The notes under the pieces were generated by a model. It did not search any database, had not been told where the DNA came from, and saw nothing but the letters and a program-made list of their open reading frames with translations. Positions 27,701-42,339 of a DNA stretch of 64,000 nt are shown here, piece by piece. Position numbers and translations under genes: made by a program. How positions within the stretch are numbered: the stretch's first letter is position 1; the number at the start of each line of letters is the position of its first letter. This DNA is from Chrysomallon squamiferum (Eukaryota > Animalia > Mollusca), in contig CM022675.1 in assembly GCA_012295275.1 (NCBI GenBank), positions 17,298,001 through 17,362,000 of the forward strand, written 5' to 3'.

Positions 27701-30700
27701 ATATATTTATTTTTAAATTTATTTTACGATCTCATTATATAATATTTAAAATTATTACTGTGTTGCAACAGTTTCATGCGCTCGTAGGTATGTCGAGAGT
27801 AAAAAAAGGTTGAGAAACACTGATGTAAACAGAGAAAGATAAATTCAGTAACTAATACAAATTGGATGTTAAAATGTAAACTGACATAACCAGATATGTC
27901 ATTCTGATGATCTTTAATGTGATCTAATAATAATAAGCAAATATTAATTAGATAACTTATTTCCAAAGAATTAATTAATTTCATTTCTGTAAGACATAAT
28001 AGGGAATTTCACAGACATAAAAACTCATACACTATGTAATACACAGACATTTTAACAATTATCTAAAGTTATAATTCACAGATAAAATGTTCTGCTCCTT
28101 TATGATTGCTTGTTTTGATGACTCTCTCTCTTACACATTTACTGACTAATGAATGGATGACCTGTTCATTTGCCTGTCATTTGATTAATGCTGGGCTTAA
28201 TTTTTGACTCTAGATTATTGGACTTGATTTACTATCCTGTTTTGGCTGGCTGTATAAATGAGTGTTTGTACTTTGTTATTTACTTACTGTTAAAATTATT
28301 ACGTTTTCTGACAAACCATTTAATTTAAACTGTAGAGTATATGGCTCAGAAGTGTATTTGGTGACTGACTGTTTCTATACTGACCTGAATTTCGGGGATC
28401 ATTAGGTGGAATATCTCCACAAACATTGTCACGGTCACAGAGCCCAAGCTTGGGTGGCTCAGGTGTTGTAGCTATTAAAAACACAACAAAGAAATTAGCA
28501 AAGAAGAAATAAGTTTATATTTTGAAGTGAAATTATTGTTGATGTTGCTTTGTAATTTTGAAGTTTAAACATCTTTCAGTATTAGTTTACTTTGAAAACA
28601 TGTATCATCATAACTTATAAAGTATTAAGAGTAACTGAATAGAGTATTATTAAGATAATGCATAGTCATTCTGTGTACATGTGGTTATATTTCTCTGTAT
28701 TTGTACATATGTATGTAAAAATGTATTTATGCATGTTTATATATATCTTATGAATATATAATATGAATATATGATTGATTATACACATTTATGATTATAA
28801 GTATTTTAATGTATGTCAGAATTAATGAAAATTTACTATGTGTGTATATAGAGTAGTATATAATATATACACATAAAGCAAACAAGCTAAGACGAATGCA
28901 CATGTGTTTGTGTCTGTTTGTTTCTGTGCATGCGTTACTGTGTACATGTGAGATCTCACTAAAATAATTACTTGTTTGAGTTTCTGGAGCTGCAGTACTC
29001 TGTTCTGGAGTTTCAGTTGATGGACAGTCTCCGTATTGCCAGTCTCCAGGTTGCTGTTTTGTGAGACACCTTTCCTCTTCCATGGCACGATAATCTCTGT
29101 ACTGTTTGTATCCTGTCGCTGTTTTCTTGCAGACCTTTCCAGATATAGCACATTGGCCAAACAGACATGGTGGACAGCACGTGTCAGGTTCTGGTATCGA
29201 GCTTGAGGCACTCCCTGCATGATAAAATATTGTATGTGAAATAAAGCTAACAGAAGTTAATGACAAATATAAGTGCATACATCAGTGTATGTACGAAATT
29301 GTACGTAGATATGAATTATATACATAGTGTTTATTAATATAAATATCTATATACACTTGTGTGTGTTAGAATGGAGTTTTTAGAAATATTTTTATATTTT
29401 CACTTACTTTCAGTTAAAAAAATGATTCTGAATTTTAAATTATTTCTTTTTGTTCCTTTTGCATTCTCATAGAAAGTTCATTAATATCAAAAAAAAAATT
29501 AAAATTCTTATACGCAGTAATGAAATAAAATGAAAAAGTTAACTTACAAATACACTCAAATGAGTTGCTCAGAGTTTTAGTTCTGTAACCAGCACAACAG
29601 TAACACACATAACCACCATTTTTGTTTACACAGTGTTGATGTTTGCCACATGGAGACTTTTTACATTCATCAATATCTGAAGATAGAATATAATTATCAT
29701 TACTACTACTACTATTACTACTACTACTACTACTACTATTACAATGCTACCACTACTGCTACTACTACTAATACATTCATTAGTGCAGTATAACTGATGG
29801 CTTAACATAACATAGTTATAATATAGTGCATAAAAATCTATATTTTGCTTATCTTATTTCATTTTGTAAATTATTTCCATTTAAATGATTCACGTGCCCT
29901 TGATATGTCTGCAAATTATGCGGGAAAAATTACATAGCTTAAGAATATGTCCTTATGAAATAATATGTAAATTACTGCAAAATATATGTTTAATATATAA
30001 ATTTTTCATTTCAGAACATACCTTGACATATACCATTAACTTTTGTATAGCCCTTCTTGCAGTTGCACACATATGATCCTTTGGTGTTAGTACAAATCTC
30101 ATTTTCTCCACAGGTATGTAATTCAGCATGACATTCATCAACATCTGTTTAGTAGAAAGTAGCACAAATTTCTGTATTACTTGTAATTCACTGCTACATT
30201 GGTGACTGTCTTGAACAGACAGTCACCTATACTGAATTACTGTATTCAGGATGTCATGGTGTTCATCAATATAATATGTGTTCATGATATCATAAAATTC
30301 ATTAATTCATTATATTTTACAAACACAGACACACACAATAAATACTAACCTATGCAGTCCTCACAGATGGACACGAAGCCTGGTTTGCAGGTACATGTGT
30401 GTTTACTTCCGGACACAGGCTTTGTGCACACTTTAGTGTCATCTTCATTTTCAACTACATCAACCAAAGAACAATAATTAGTATTTCAGCAACATTATCT
30501 AACAGAAGATGTATTATGAGTCTAATGTTTATTAAATATTCATTTTCTTTTTATCACACAGTGATATGAATACCTCAGGCTTTTAATATTTTCTTAATCT
30601 GTAACAAATCTTATAAACAGTCAAAAGTAAAATTCCTAAGTAACAGTAAGTACTAAGAGACAATTTATGATATGCAATCTTTATTTGTACTCATAATGAA

Positions 30701-31371
30701 ATAACTGTACAGTTCTAAATTAAAATATATATCATGGTTTTTAAAGGCAAATTTGCTAGCTCAGTATTCTAAATTAGTTTATTCTTCTTTAGAAATTCTG
30801 AGGTTGTCACGTAAATGAGTAAACACAGCCTCACATCAATCCATACTGGTAGTTGAAAAGATACATATTGTCTCCTGTATGCCCATATTTCTACCTGACT
30901 GTCACTCACCTCTTTACAAAGAGCCACCACAGTTAATACAGAACTGTCACTGGTTTCCTCAACAACCTTACAGATTGAAATTACTTACGTGGCTGACATG
31001 ATCCAGATTTGTCCTTCATGAATCCCTTGTTGCAAACACAAGTTCCATCTTTACATGTAGAGTTGGCTGTACAAGCATAATCTGTTACTGTCAGTTTTCC
31101 ATCATCACATTCCTTCACTAACTTGCAGTCTTTAGATATTTGTACATAGCCATCCTGTGAATAATAGTTTATTGTATTCACAGTACTCTTATGTCTTTAA
31201 CTGTATTTGTTAAACTTTTGTGGGTCTGTCATAGATGATAATGTTAAAATTAATGATACATGAAGTAACAACTGCAATAGCAATGGAGATAGAAAGAAGA
31301 AAAAAGAATATATATTGCAGTTGTTACTTCATGTATCATTAGTATTAACATTATCATCTATCTATGTATAT

Positions 31372-31412
<41 letters not shown>

Positions 31413-34400
31413 ACAACTGTCTTCTTCAACTTTATTCTCTGTTCCTGCGATTTGTTTAGCAATATTTTGAAGCTTTTATGTTCAGTTACTTACATCCCTT
31501 GTCACTCCAGCAGCTTTATCAGCACATGATTTAGGTTTGCTACATTCAGCAACTTCATTCTTGGGCATGTTCGTATCCTTGCAGACACAAGCACCAAGAT
31601 TGATATCATCAATTATATTTTCTACTGAATTACCAGCTATCTTACTGGAGTCAAAGTTTGGGTCATATTCCATTCCTTTTTCACATTTGGGCACTGTAAT
31701 AAATAAATTAATGTGATTTATTTTGTTTTGTAATAGATCAGTGTTTATATTTTTATCAAAATAGGGAAACATTTTGCAGTTTAATGTCTAATGTTTTTAT
31801 TAACAACAAAATAAAAAAATAAAAATTACAAAAAATATTATGACTGTTTTAACAATAAACATACATATCACGTCAAAATGATAATGTGTATAAAAAACAA
31901 CATGAGAAAAACATTGCTTTTAATTATCATTAATGAATACATTGCTTTGTAATTTACACTTTAGTATATTTTATAATAATATTCATAGTTTACACTGTAG
32001 CATATCTGATTATAATAATAAAGCAATTTAGTTATTTTTTATTCTGACTTTTTATTTATTAATCTCTACCAACTTTGATTTAGTTAAAATGTTTAATTAG
32101 TATCTTCATTAAGAATAGTGTATTGGTTACTTACAACATGAGTACATGTATTTAGCATCAAGACTGCTTGTTGGTGTCTTCATCTCATTGACAGCTTTCT
32201 GGATTGCCTTAATATCAGATGTAACACAGGATGTTTTTGAGTGGAACTGTTTTCCTATTTGCTGTATCATTGACGTAATTAGAGTGCACACATCTGCTGA
32301 ATGGCAGATCTCAGAGACACATACTTCATATGATTCTTTTAGAGCATTTCCAGCAAAACATTTACCAAGTCCACCTTTCAAATATGTGCAGATTGCTTGT
32401 GCTCGTGGTCTGTTTTCACAGACTTCAGATTCAGTTGCTTGTGTGGTACTTTCTGTGGTACCTTCTGTGGTACCTTCTGGTGAAGTTTGTGTTGTAGGTA
32501 TTGGTGAAGTAATTATAATACCAGGAGTTGTAGTCATGATGGTAGAAGGAATTGGTGGAGCTGTTGTTTCTGGAGGTGGTGTAGTTGTATCCACAACTGG
32601 ACCACAGCTGAAATAAAATTGTATTTATTTTTTATTTTTCTTACTTCTAATGATTGTAGTCATAATGTTAGGAGCTTTTAATATTAAAAATAATATGATT
32701 TCTTTCTTTTGGAAACTCACCTGAACTCACTGTCCTTCGAGGTACCTGCTGTTAAAACAGCCTCAGGATCACTCTTAGGTCCCACTAACTGACACAGACC
32801 ACACATGCCTTTTCTGTATGTATCTGTAGCTCGCATTGTAACAATCTGTCCCATGTTTCCATCTCTGAAGTCAATCTTGACATACAGACCATTGTCAGTG
32901 GTTTTGATAATAGTGATTTCACCACACTGGAAAACTGTAAAGTCTCGTTTCATGATTGGAGGTTTGGCACCAGCATCCTCAACACCATTATACAGATACT
33001 GTAAGTAGCAATACTTTGTATTCAGTATTATAATTACAATTTTTTATTTTAGTATCATATAAAATTGATGCAAAAATCTTCAAAAATCATTAACCATATC
33101 TCAAATTATATGGGCAAATAATATAAACAGACAATTTTAAAGCTGAAAATAATTCAAAGTATTGATAAATATATATTCAATCGAAATTGTACAACAATTC
33201 AGTAATCATAGATTTAAAAAAAAAAAAGACTAATAATAGCATGAACAGTAATAGTAATTATAGCTGTAGCAATATTAGTAATAAGATTAGAAATAGTAAT
33301 AATGGTAACAATAATCAGTAGCATTAGCTGCTATGTAAGACTATGTAAATGTGATTAATAAAGAATGCAGTCTGTCAAATGAAATAGAAGTCATTCTTAC
33401 CGAGAATGCTGAATCATCTCCAACAATAATTTCATGTTTGTCAATATCCACTGTGACAAATTTGGCTCCATTAGAATCAGTTTCAACACTGAGGCCATGG
33501 AAAATGCTGCTTGGTTTCTTTGTGTTACATGGAACAATCATGTCAAATTTGCAGACTTTCTTGAATGAAAGAGTGGCATCGTTAAAGGAGAATAAAGAAA
33601 TTTCTCCTCGCTTGTCTTGATCCATTTTGCATGTTTCAGTTTCTAAAGAAAACAAATGGGAACAAACAGTAGTACTAATAGTTGTAATAGATTCAGTAAT
33701 AGCAGTAGTAATAGTAGTAGAAACAGTACTACTCATAGTTGTAATAGATTCAGTAATAGCAGTAGTAATAGTAGTAGTAGAAACAGTAGTACTAGCAGTT
33801 GTAATAGATTCAGTAATAACAGTAGTAATAGTAGTAGAAACAGCAGTACTAGTAGTTGTAATATTCAGTAATAGCAGTAGTAATAGTAGTAGAAACAGTA
33901 CTACTAGTAGTTGTAATAGATTCAGTAATAGCAGTAGTAATAGTAGTAGAAACAGTACTACTAGTAATTGTAATAGATTCAGTAATAGCAGAGCAGTAGT
34001 AGTAGTAGAAACAGTACTACTAGTAGTTGTAATAGATTCAGTAATAACAGTAGTAGTAGAAACAGTAGTACTAGTAGTTGTAATAGATTCAGTAATAGCA
34101 GTAGTAATAGTAGTAGAAACAGTACTACTAGTAATTGTAATAGATTCAGTAATAGCAACAGCAGCAGTAGTAGTAGAAATAGTAGTGGTTGTTGTAATTG
34201 TAATAGTTTCCTTAACAACAGTAGTAGTAGTAGTAGAAATAGTACTACTAGTAGTTTTAATTTAATAGTTTCCATAATTACATTAGTAGCAGTTCTTGAA
34301 ATAATACTTTTAGAAGTTGTAGTTGTAATAGTTTCAGTAATAATAATAGCAGTAAAAGCAGTAGTAGTAGTAGAAATACCCCAATAACATTGCTCTTAAT

Positions 34401-37400
34401 TATTTTTAATGAATACATTACTTTGTATTTTACACTTTAGTACATTTTATAATAATATTTACAGTTTGCATTGTAGCATATTTCATAATTATAATTTACT
34501 TTAGTTATTTTTTATTTTAATTTTAGATTTATAAATCTCAGTCAACTTAATGTAGTTAGAATGTTTTAATTATTGATGTCTTCATCAAAACAAGATTAAT
34601 TGTGTCATTAAACTAGTTACTTGCAAAGTGAGTTCCTGTTTTTAGCAATTTAGTAGTTACAGTTGTAGCAGTTGCAGAATAGTAATAGTAGTAGTACTAG
34701 CAGAAGAAGTAGTAGTAGAAACTGTAATTGCAATAGTTTCAGTAATATATGAATAATATTTACATATAAACACAATAAAAAAAAAAAAAACATATAAGCA
34801 CTTTATGATAAAATAATGAATTATTAATGACTTACTTTCACAATTTCCATTGATCATTATTGCATTTTTCTCACAGACGCACTTGTAGGCACCATACAGA
34901 TTTACACATTTTTGGTGTTTATCTGCTGAACATTCAGATAAACCTTCATCACATTCATTAACATCTGAAACAAATATTACAGTTTACTTCATATCTATGT
35001 CCAACACTTGAATAAGCAATGCTGCTACTACTGATTTGTTAATAAGATTTCTTTTGGAAGGGTGGAAGATCTGATGTATTTATAATCCAGTCACATTATT
35101 TCAAATGGGAAAATGGATTCGCAGCCATGCACCAACAGAGACAGGCTGTGAGATATATTTGTATATATATACAGAGAAAAATAAACTAAAGATTCATAGA
35201 CAGACAGAATATTGATTTACATATATCAGAATTAATCTAAATCATAAAGTGAAGAAGTTAAAGAATACATCTAGAATCAGAATGAAATAATATACCTTTA
35301 TAGCAATCAGCTCTAACTTCATACTTCTTACATACTTTAACTTTTGCTGGGTTAGTAGATCTGCATTTTAGGAGCACATTTCCATCAACAGAACAGTCTA
35401 CAATACCATCACGTGTTTTTCCTGTAAATACCTTCTTGGACCCTATCTTTCTGCATGACACACCCATTGGAACAGGGCAGAAATCACATTCCTCAAGCTG
35501 AAATTAAATATTATATTGTTAAATGGGTATTAAAATGCATATTCTATGGTACAAACATGTGTCGTGAATACATCTTTTTGTATTAACTACACAAAAGGTA
35601 TTAATGAACATACAAATTTACAAGGATCTATACAGTGCTATTTGAAACTATATGAAATTCTGGGAAGTATGCAACATAAGCCAATCAAATATCATGGATC
35701 CAGTATAAAGAAGATACAGAAGTTATACAAACCTCATATAGCCTTGTGGCCAGCTGATTACCAGATGATACTGATGCATGGCAGAATTTAGTTTTTTCTG
35801 TATTCTTTTTATTTGGTTTATCTTCTGCATAAGAAAATAAAATAACAAAAATTGTAAGTGACAGGCCATATAAAACAGTTGATGTCGCTGATAAGATCTA
35901 TTAGTGCCTGAATGGTCAAACTCATGTAAATTTGGCTGTATCTGAATAGGTTTATAAATATTTTGTCAAATTTTATTTATTTTATTTTAATAACTTCAAG
36001 ATCAATTACGTTTAAAACAAATTATCTTTAGGTTAATCTATGCTAGTTCTAAACTTAACATAAAATTTTTATTATCTTTCATTTCCTTCTCTACTTATAT
36101 AAACAACTTGATATAAATTGTGAAATAACATTAAAAAGAAAATCAATAAAATATTTTAATAATACAGTCTCTAGATCATACTTTCTTGACAGATGAATCC
36201 TCTGGGTTTACTGCAATCAGTGGCTTTCAGAGTGTACTTTTTGTCTGCTCCTTTGGAGAACACATAGCATGATCGTTGTGGTCCAGCTGCAATACCAGGT
36301 ACTCCAGGAACCACAAAATTTTCGTAGCCAATTGTTGTCTTGATGCCCTTGCTAGCCAACAAACTCACCAGCTTCCCTGCTTTGTCTCTGGTGCTCACTC
36401 CAGCCACATAGAATTCAGTTGCTGAAAAAAAGATAATTGGAATATTTTAATAAAAACATGGTATTTTACTTTCTTACACTTAATTAAGAAAAAAACAAAA
36501 ACAAACATTTTAATTGATAATTTAATGTATACTAAAGTGCCAAAAATTTTCACTTACTTCAACTGTTTATATAAATATTCTTCCATTTGCTGTGATATAT
36601 TATTACATGCACTTATTTTTACCAAAACAATAGCAACCACTTTTTCAGTTACATTTTAGTAGCTTTTATCAAACCATTCCTTCATAGTTATGCATTTGTA
36701 TCTGGGATGTTAGGTGTCCTCTGAAATCTTTTAGCTTCAAAATAGTAGTGAACATTTCTTTGGATTTATTTTCCCCACAGAATTATATAAATGTACATAA
36801 TAAGAAATTTGGAAAAAAATATGAATCTACTCACGTCCATTTTCATTGTCCACAGCAGTTTTCAAAATACTTGCAATAGCTGACATTTGAACTTTATTTG
36901 CCAGTGAAGTTAGAACTCCATTTTGCATATTACACACTTGAATAGCTCCAATCCAAGACATACGATCTAACTCAATCTTCACACATTTGTCCAAAACTTG
37001 CTGCCAGCCTTCTTGGCAATCCATTGGAATTCCTAAATTATTATATTCATGTTTTAAAAATAATTACATTTTGCAAGCAAACCTACTCATGAAACCACAC
37101 ACAACAAAATGTATGTAAGATTATGTATATTACATGTACACAGTTTTTTTTTATTAGTTACACATTTATTGTATCTCATGTACAGTTTTTGTATTGCATG
37201 TACACATTTTTGTGCATTACGTATACACAGATTTACACATTTTGTGTATTGTATGTATATGATTTTTGTATTAAATGTACATGTTTTTGTGTATTACATG
37301 GATACAGCTTTTGTATCACGTTTAAACATTTTGTGTATAGCATGTACATGTTTTTGTGTATTACGTATTCATGTTTTTGGTTTATTACATGATTTTCACC

Positions 37401-40400
37401 ATCATGACTTGTCACACCTTGGATTACAAATTGTACTTAAATGTACATTTAGTGTCCAGTTCTCCATCATGGTAATTTCTTTTCCATATTAGGTAAATCT
37501 TTGTCTTCCTTCTTTTTCTCTTGGTTTCAGTGATCTGAATTTTACATTATACAGACTTTTTTGCCCATATGAAATACTTCTTTAAAAAAAAAAAATTACA
37601 CACTAACATGTATGTATGTATTTATATATATATATACACAGAAACACATACACACTAACATGTATGTGAAGTGAAGGATTACATGTTTTTTAATAGTCTT
37701 TGACATAAAATATCCCATAAAACATTTCTTTTAACACTTACTTTCACATTTAAACCCATTGCCTCTGAATCCCTTCTTACATCCCAGTTCTGGTTCATGG
37801 TGTTTGTTCTCCTTGCACTCGAAGTTCACAGACAGGCCGGTCAGTTTTTTATACTGACTCCAGTCCATATTTCCTCGGCATGTCCTTACTTCAGTACAGT
37901 CCCCACTCAGTACCTTATCACCTTTCTGTCAAATACACAGAACATCACACATGTTACTTTTTGTCAAATAGACAGTACATTACTAGATACACTCACTAAA
38001 TTTCCTGCTCTCTGTAAATTTAGATAAATTACTACAAGTCATATGCAAAGATTAACACACAATATCAGATTCATGTCAACTATCAATGAATTAGAGATAC
38101 TACTCTCTCTCTCACTACTGAATGTAGTTCGTTGTCTTCTGGCGCGCTGTTCTCGTCTTTTTCTTCTAGGAACTGATATAAAGTAATGAATTTGAATTCC
38201 ATAGCTTTTCTTTTACATCAAGGACAGATCAATAGGTTTTTTACTGTTGTTTTCTTAATACAGTTCAACACAAAAATAGTTGATTCTCTCTTGTTATTCT
38301 TTTGAATCATAACTTATTTCGGATTTGATGCAAAGAAAAACAAAACAAAATGTTTATATGCACAAAATTTATATAGACTTAGCTGACAGTTTCTTACAAT
38401 TAATACTAAAATAACAATTTAAAAAGTCCAGAATAAATTATATTGTTATTCTCTCTCTCTCTCTAATAAACACACACATATATATTTCTCTTTTTTTCTC
38501 CCTCTCTCTGTCTCTATCCATCTGTCTTTCTTTCTCTTTTTCTCTCACCCTCATTACAGTGCTTTACATAAGTCAAACATTGTTATGTACCTTATGTATA
38601 GTTGGGGGTGAAATATCATTGTTGATGCAGCCACAGTCACTTGGTTTCACACATTTTTTGGTAATAGGATCACGCCGCATATTTTGTTTGCATGTGCACA
38701 TCTGTCCTGCACGAGAGGGGTCACTCTGGCATTCTGAAAGTTCATTGGGACTATCTCCACAGGTGAGTTCACATTCATGGTCAGACAGGATTTCATCTTT
38801 ATCACATTTCAAGCCTGTAATTAAATCACTGTATTGTAATATTCCACATCGTGGCTATTAACCATTAATGAAGGAGAAATGTTTAATTTATACTTACATA
38901 CTACTATACATAAATGAAAATCATAAAAGAAATATGTACCACCATGTAATGGAATATTCTTTTTGAAATAGCTTTAAAAATTACTTTCTCAACAAAAAGA
39001 CGGCATATATCAATGCCTATGTTTTAACTTTTTTTAAAAGTCTTACATTATTATTGTGATTGGGTACTGAGTAACTCATTTATTTGTTGTGTTCATTCAT
39101 GAAAAATACTTCCAAATCAAATGATCAACCCTTCATCCAGCAAATCAGTTTCAGATCCTGTAGTCATATCATCATAATGTAACATGTATAGTTTAACAGT
39201 TGTTTAACAGAAGATTATTATGATCAAAAGAAAAAGCAAATTATATTGTACATACCACACATTTTGTCTGTTCTCCAGTTGATATCAAAGTCACTAATGT
39301 TTTTGGTAAGAACAAATTCTTCACATTTGCTGAATATATTCTCCAGTGACTGACAAAGTGACTTCACCAAACCTTCATTGTTGGCACACAGTTCCAGGGC
39401 ACATTCATCCTGCCACGCCGCAATAGTCCGGGCATTAAGTACCGTAGTACACTTGGCATTCCACTCAGGTATGGTGCTAATATAGTTACAATATTTCTTA
39501 CTTGTTTTGAAGGTTTTCATCAGCTTGCAGGTTTCTGATTTTGGTGTTGCAATCTGGCATCTGTAAATATGAGAAGCGATAAAGATTTGACGAATCTAAT
39601 TTACATTTATTACTGAATGTCTCATTTATAGTATAATTAATAAAATTAAACTGAATAATGTCAACTTTATGAATATTGTTATTTTAAGTCTGCTTCTTAA
39701 TGATGGAATTAATATTTGATAAAAATAAATAGAGAAAATTCATAAAAGAAACTCCTAAAGTAATTTTTTTGCTCATTATTATGTTTATTATTGCTGATAT
39801 TATTACTATAGTACTTTTTATTGTTGCTCTAGTAATGATAACAGTAACTCTGTACAATGATATTGTGATAGTACTAAAAAGTTATTTTTACATATTTTTA
39901 ATCTATATTTTAATTAGTAAATATTCATTTCAACATATTAAACTATTAGTAATATGGTGAACTTCATAAAATAAATGGTAGACACCAGTTTGAAACAATG
40001 TGTCAGTTTTTAAACTTTATGAGTCAACATGTAAGTTTGTGAACATTATCAGTGTCTCTCACAATGGTGAATTGATTTAAGTGAACCAACTAAAATGGTT
40101 AAAATTATTATGATCATATGTCTCCATTTAAACTTACTTAGGATCACTTGGATCATTCACTTGCCATGTGTTTCCAAAATCTGCAGCAATGGCATTCTTA
40201 ATTCTGTTGTATTTAGGATTAATCTTTACTTTGGCTACTGTTTGGTTACCCATCATGAACTGTGAATTCAGGTCACCAACAGTATAAGCTCCACAAATAC
40301 CACACAGTTTGCCAATGTATTTACTGGGAACTTGCACACTGACACGATGTCTGCCATCAAAGCTGACCATCAACCCATATCGAGTTTTCAATGTCCACAT

Positions 40401-42281
40401 GTGCTTTGTGAGTTTTAGTGAATAAGGCTGATTGTCACAGTCAGGAGAAGATGTTCTTAGTCTAATTCCATTTACCTGTCACAAACAAAATTCAGCTATA
40501 ATTTTTAATTATTATTACATTTCTTAATTATTATTATTATTTTTTGGCATTTAAAATAATTATTCCTGAAAAACAAAAAAGGAGACTGACTAAAATTGAG
40601 AAAGATAGAGACAGTGGGAAAGAGAAACAGAGTAGGGGATGATATAAACAAGAATAAAAGGAAACAGAAATGAAAGACAAACAAAATAATATTAACTGGT
40701 AAACTGTAAATATGTTCTGATCCATTCAGTGTAGCCTTAGAGATGGCTGTTATTATTATTAGTATTATTATTATTATTTTAAACTAAAAAGAAACATAAA
40801 ATTCCACACTATCTGACAAAAATGAGTTTTAAATAAATATATTTAAAAGTGATTCTAATGAAATTTTGTTTTAAGTAAACAATAACACTGACTGTAAGAA
40901 GATCTCCTCTTCCAAAGAATATAACATCTGATTCTTGTCCATCATCATCAAACAGTGTGACATTGACAGTGTTTGTACAGGTAACCTTGCGATCCTTTCT
41001 ACCACATCGTTTGTTTTTCACCTCCACTCTGAATAGCTGAAGCCCAGCTTTTTGTTCCTTGGTAAGCCATGGGCAGGTACCTGACAGTAGGTATTTACAA
41101 GCTCCTTGGAAGTTGAATCTTGTTCCTAGACATGATGTTGGATGTGGATCTCCCCAAGCCGAACATTTGCAGATATCAGCTGGAAAGGATCAGTTATAAA
41201 GTATTTTATAGATTCAAATCAAATGGTTTTTTTAAAATGGAAACATGTATAGCAATAACTGAAGTACTGTTATCAACACGTAATAGCAATAGCAATCTAA
41301 TATGACTTGCAGTAATAACAAATCACTTTTCTATTGGTTATATAATATTAGTTACAACTGTTTCTTTTCAACATTGTTAACATTTTTATGAAGACTGTTC
41401 TCTAACTACATGTGTGTCAGTGTGTTATTCAGCTTTATCAATTTAACATTATAGTCTTCAGAAATAATAACTTGTTTCTGTTAGAATATAAACTGAATCA
41501 TAAGTTTACTTTAATAAATACCTCCACAGGATCTTTTGTCAGGGTCATAGATTTGTCCTGGTGGACACACACATCGGTAATGTCCAAACAGATTGTAACA
41601 TATCATGTTTCCTGGACAAGCATTATCTCCAAACAGTCTGCATTCATTTTCATCTGGAATAATATATTTCAACAAGAATAATAATAGCCGCAATAGAAAG
41701 AAGCAATAGCTGTTTTATTTGATCTAAACAAATTTGATGTATGCTATGGGAATATATGCATAATGAGTCAGTGAAGAAACTTCTGCCATCACATATATGC
41801 CTTTTCCCACAGACAGAAAAGCACATTCCATTGCCTTTGATAAACCAATCATGACAACTGTCAGTAATATGAATAGCATTAATAATAGTAATGGTAATAT
41901 CAATGTTTGTCATTGCAGCAAATGTAATAATTTGCAGTAGTGGTAATAACTGAAGATAATGGCATATATTTTCTTGTCTATGAAGACACTAGTAATGAGA
42001 AACTTTTACAAAATCATATGACCAATAGCAGTGGATCAGTAGCTACACTAATAATAACATTCTTCAAAAATGTATTCACCGACAGGGCACTGGAACTGAA
42101 TCCTGTATCTCACACATTTTCTTCCTTTGCATCGGAAGCCTCCTTTCCTTAGATTACAGATAACTCCCCCTTCTCCTGATTTGATTACTTTACCCTTGTT
42201 ATCATAGCAGCGAATTCCTGATGGTTTCTGACACTGTGGAAACTTAAATGTAAATAATAATAACACCATGTAAGTTAACTC

Positions 42282-42339
<58 letters not shown>

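Noticed and set aside
30910-30966. Extra exon ending GAG|gtgagt
   Set aside because: It would need a 22-nt intron and has TGA in the required phase-1 frame; 30989-to-30454 splices in frame without it.
33627-34275. Val/Ile-rich, Ser/Asn-rich and Leu-rich ORFs
   Set aside because: They are translations of the triplet-based minisatellite.
37108-37390. Degenerate ~22-bp tandem repeat (similar case at ~24355-24670) and its ORFs
   Set aside because: These are intronic low-complexity repeats, and the flanking exons splice in frame across them.
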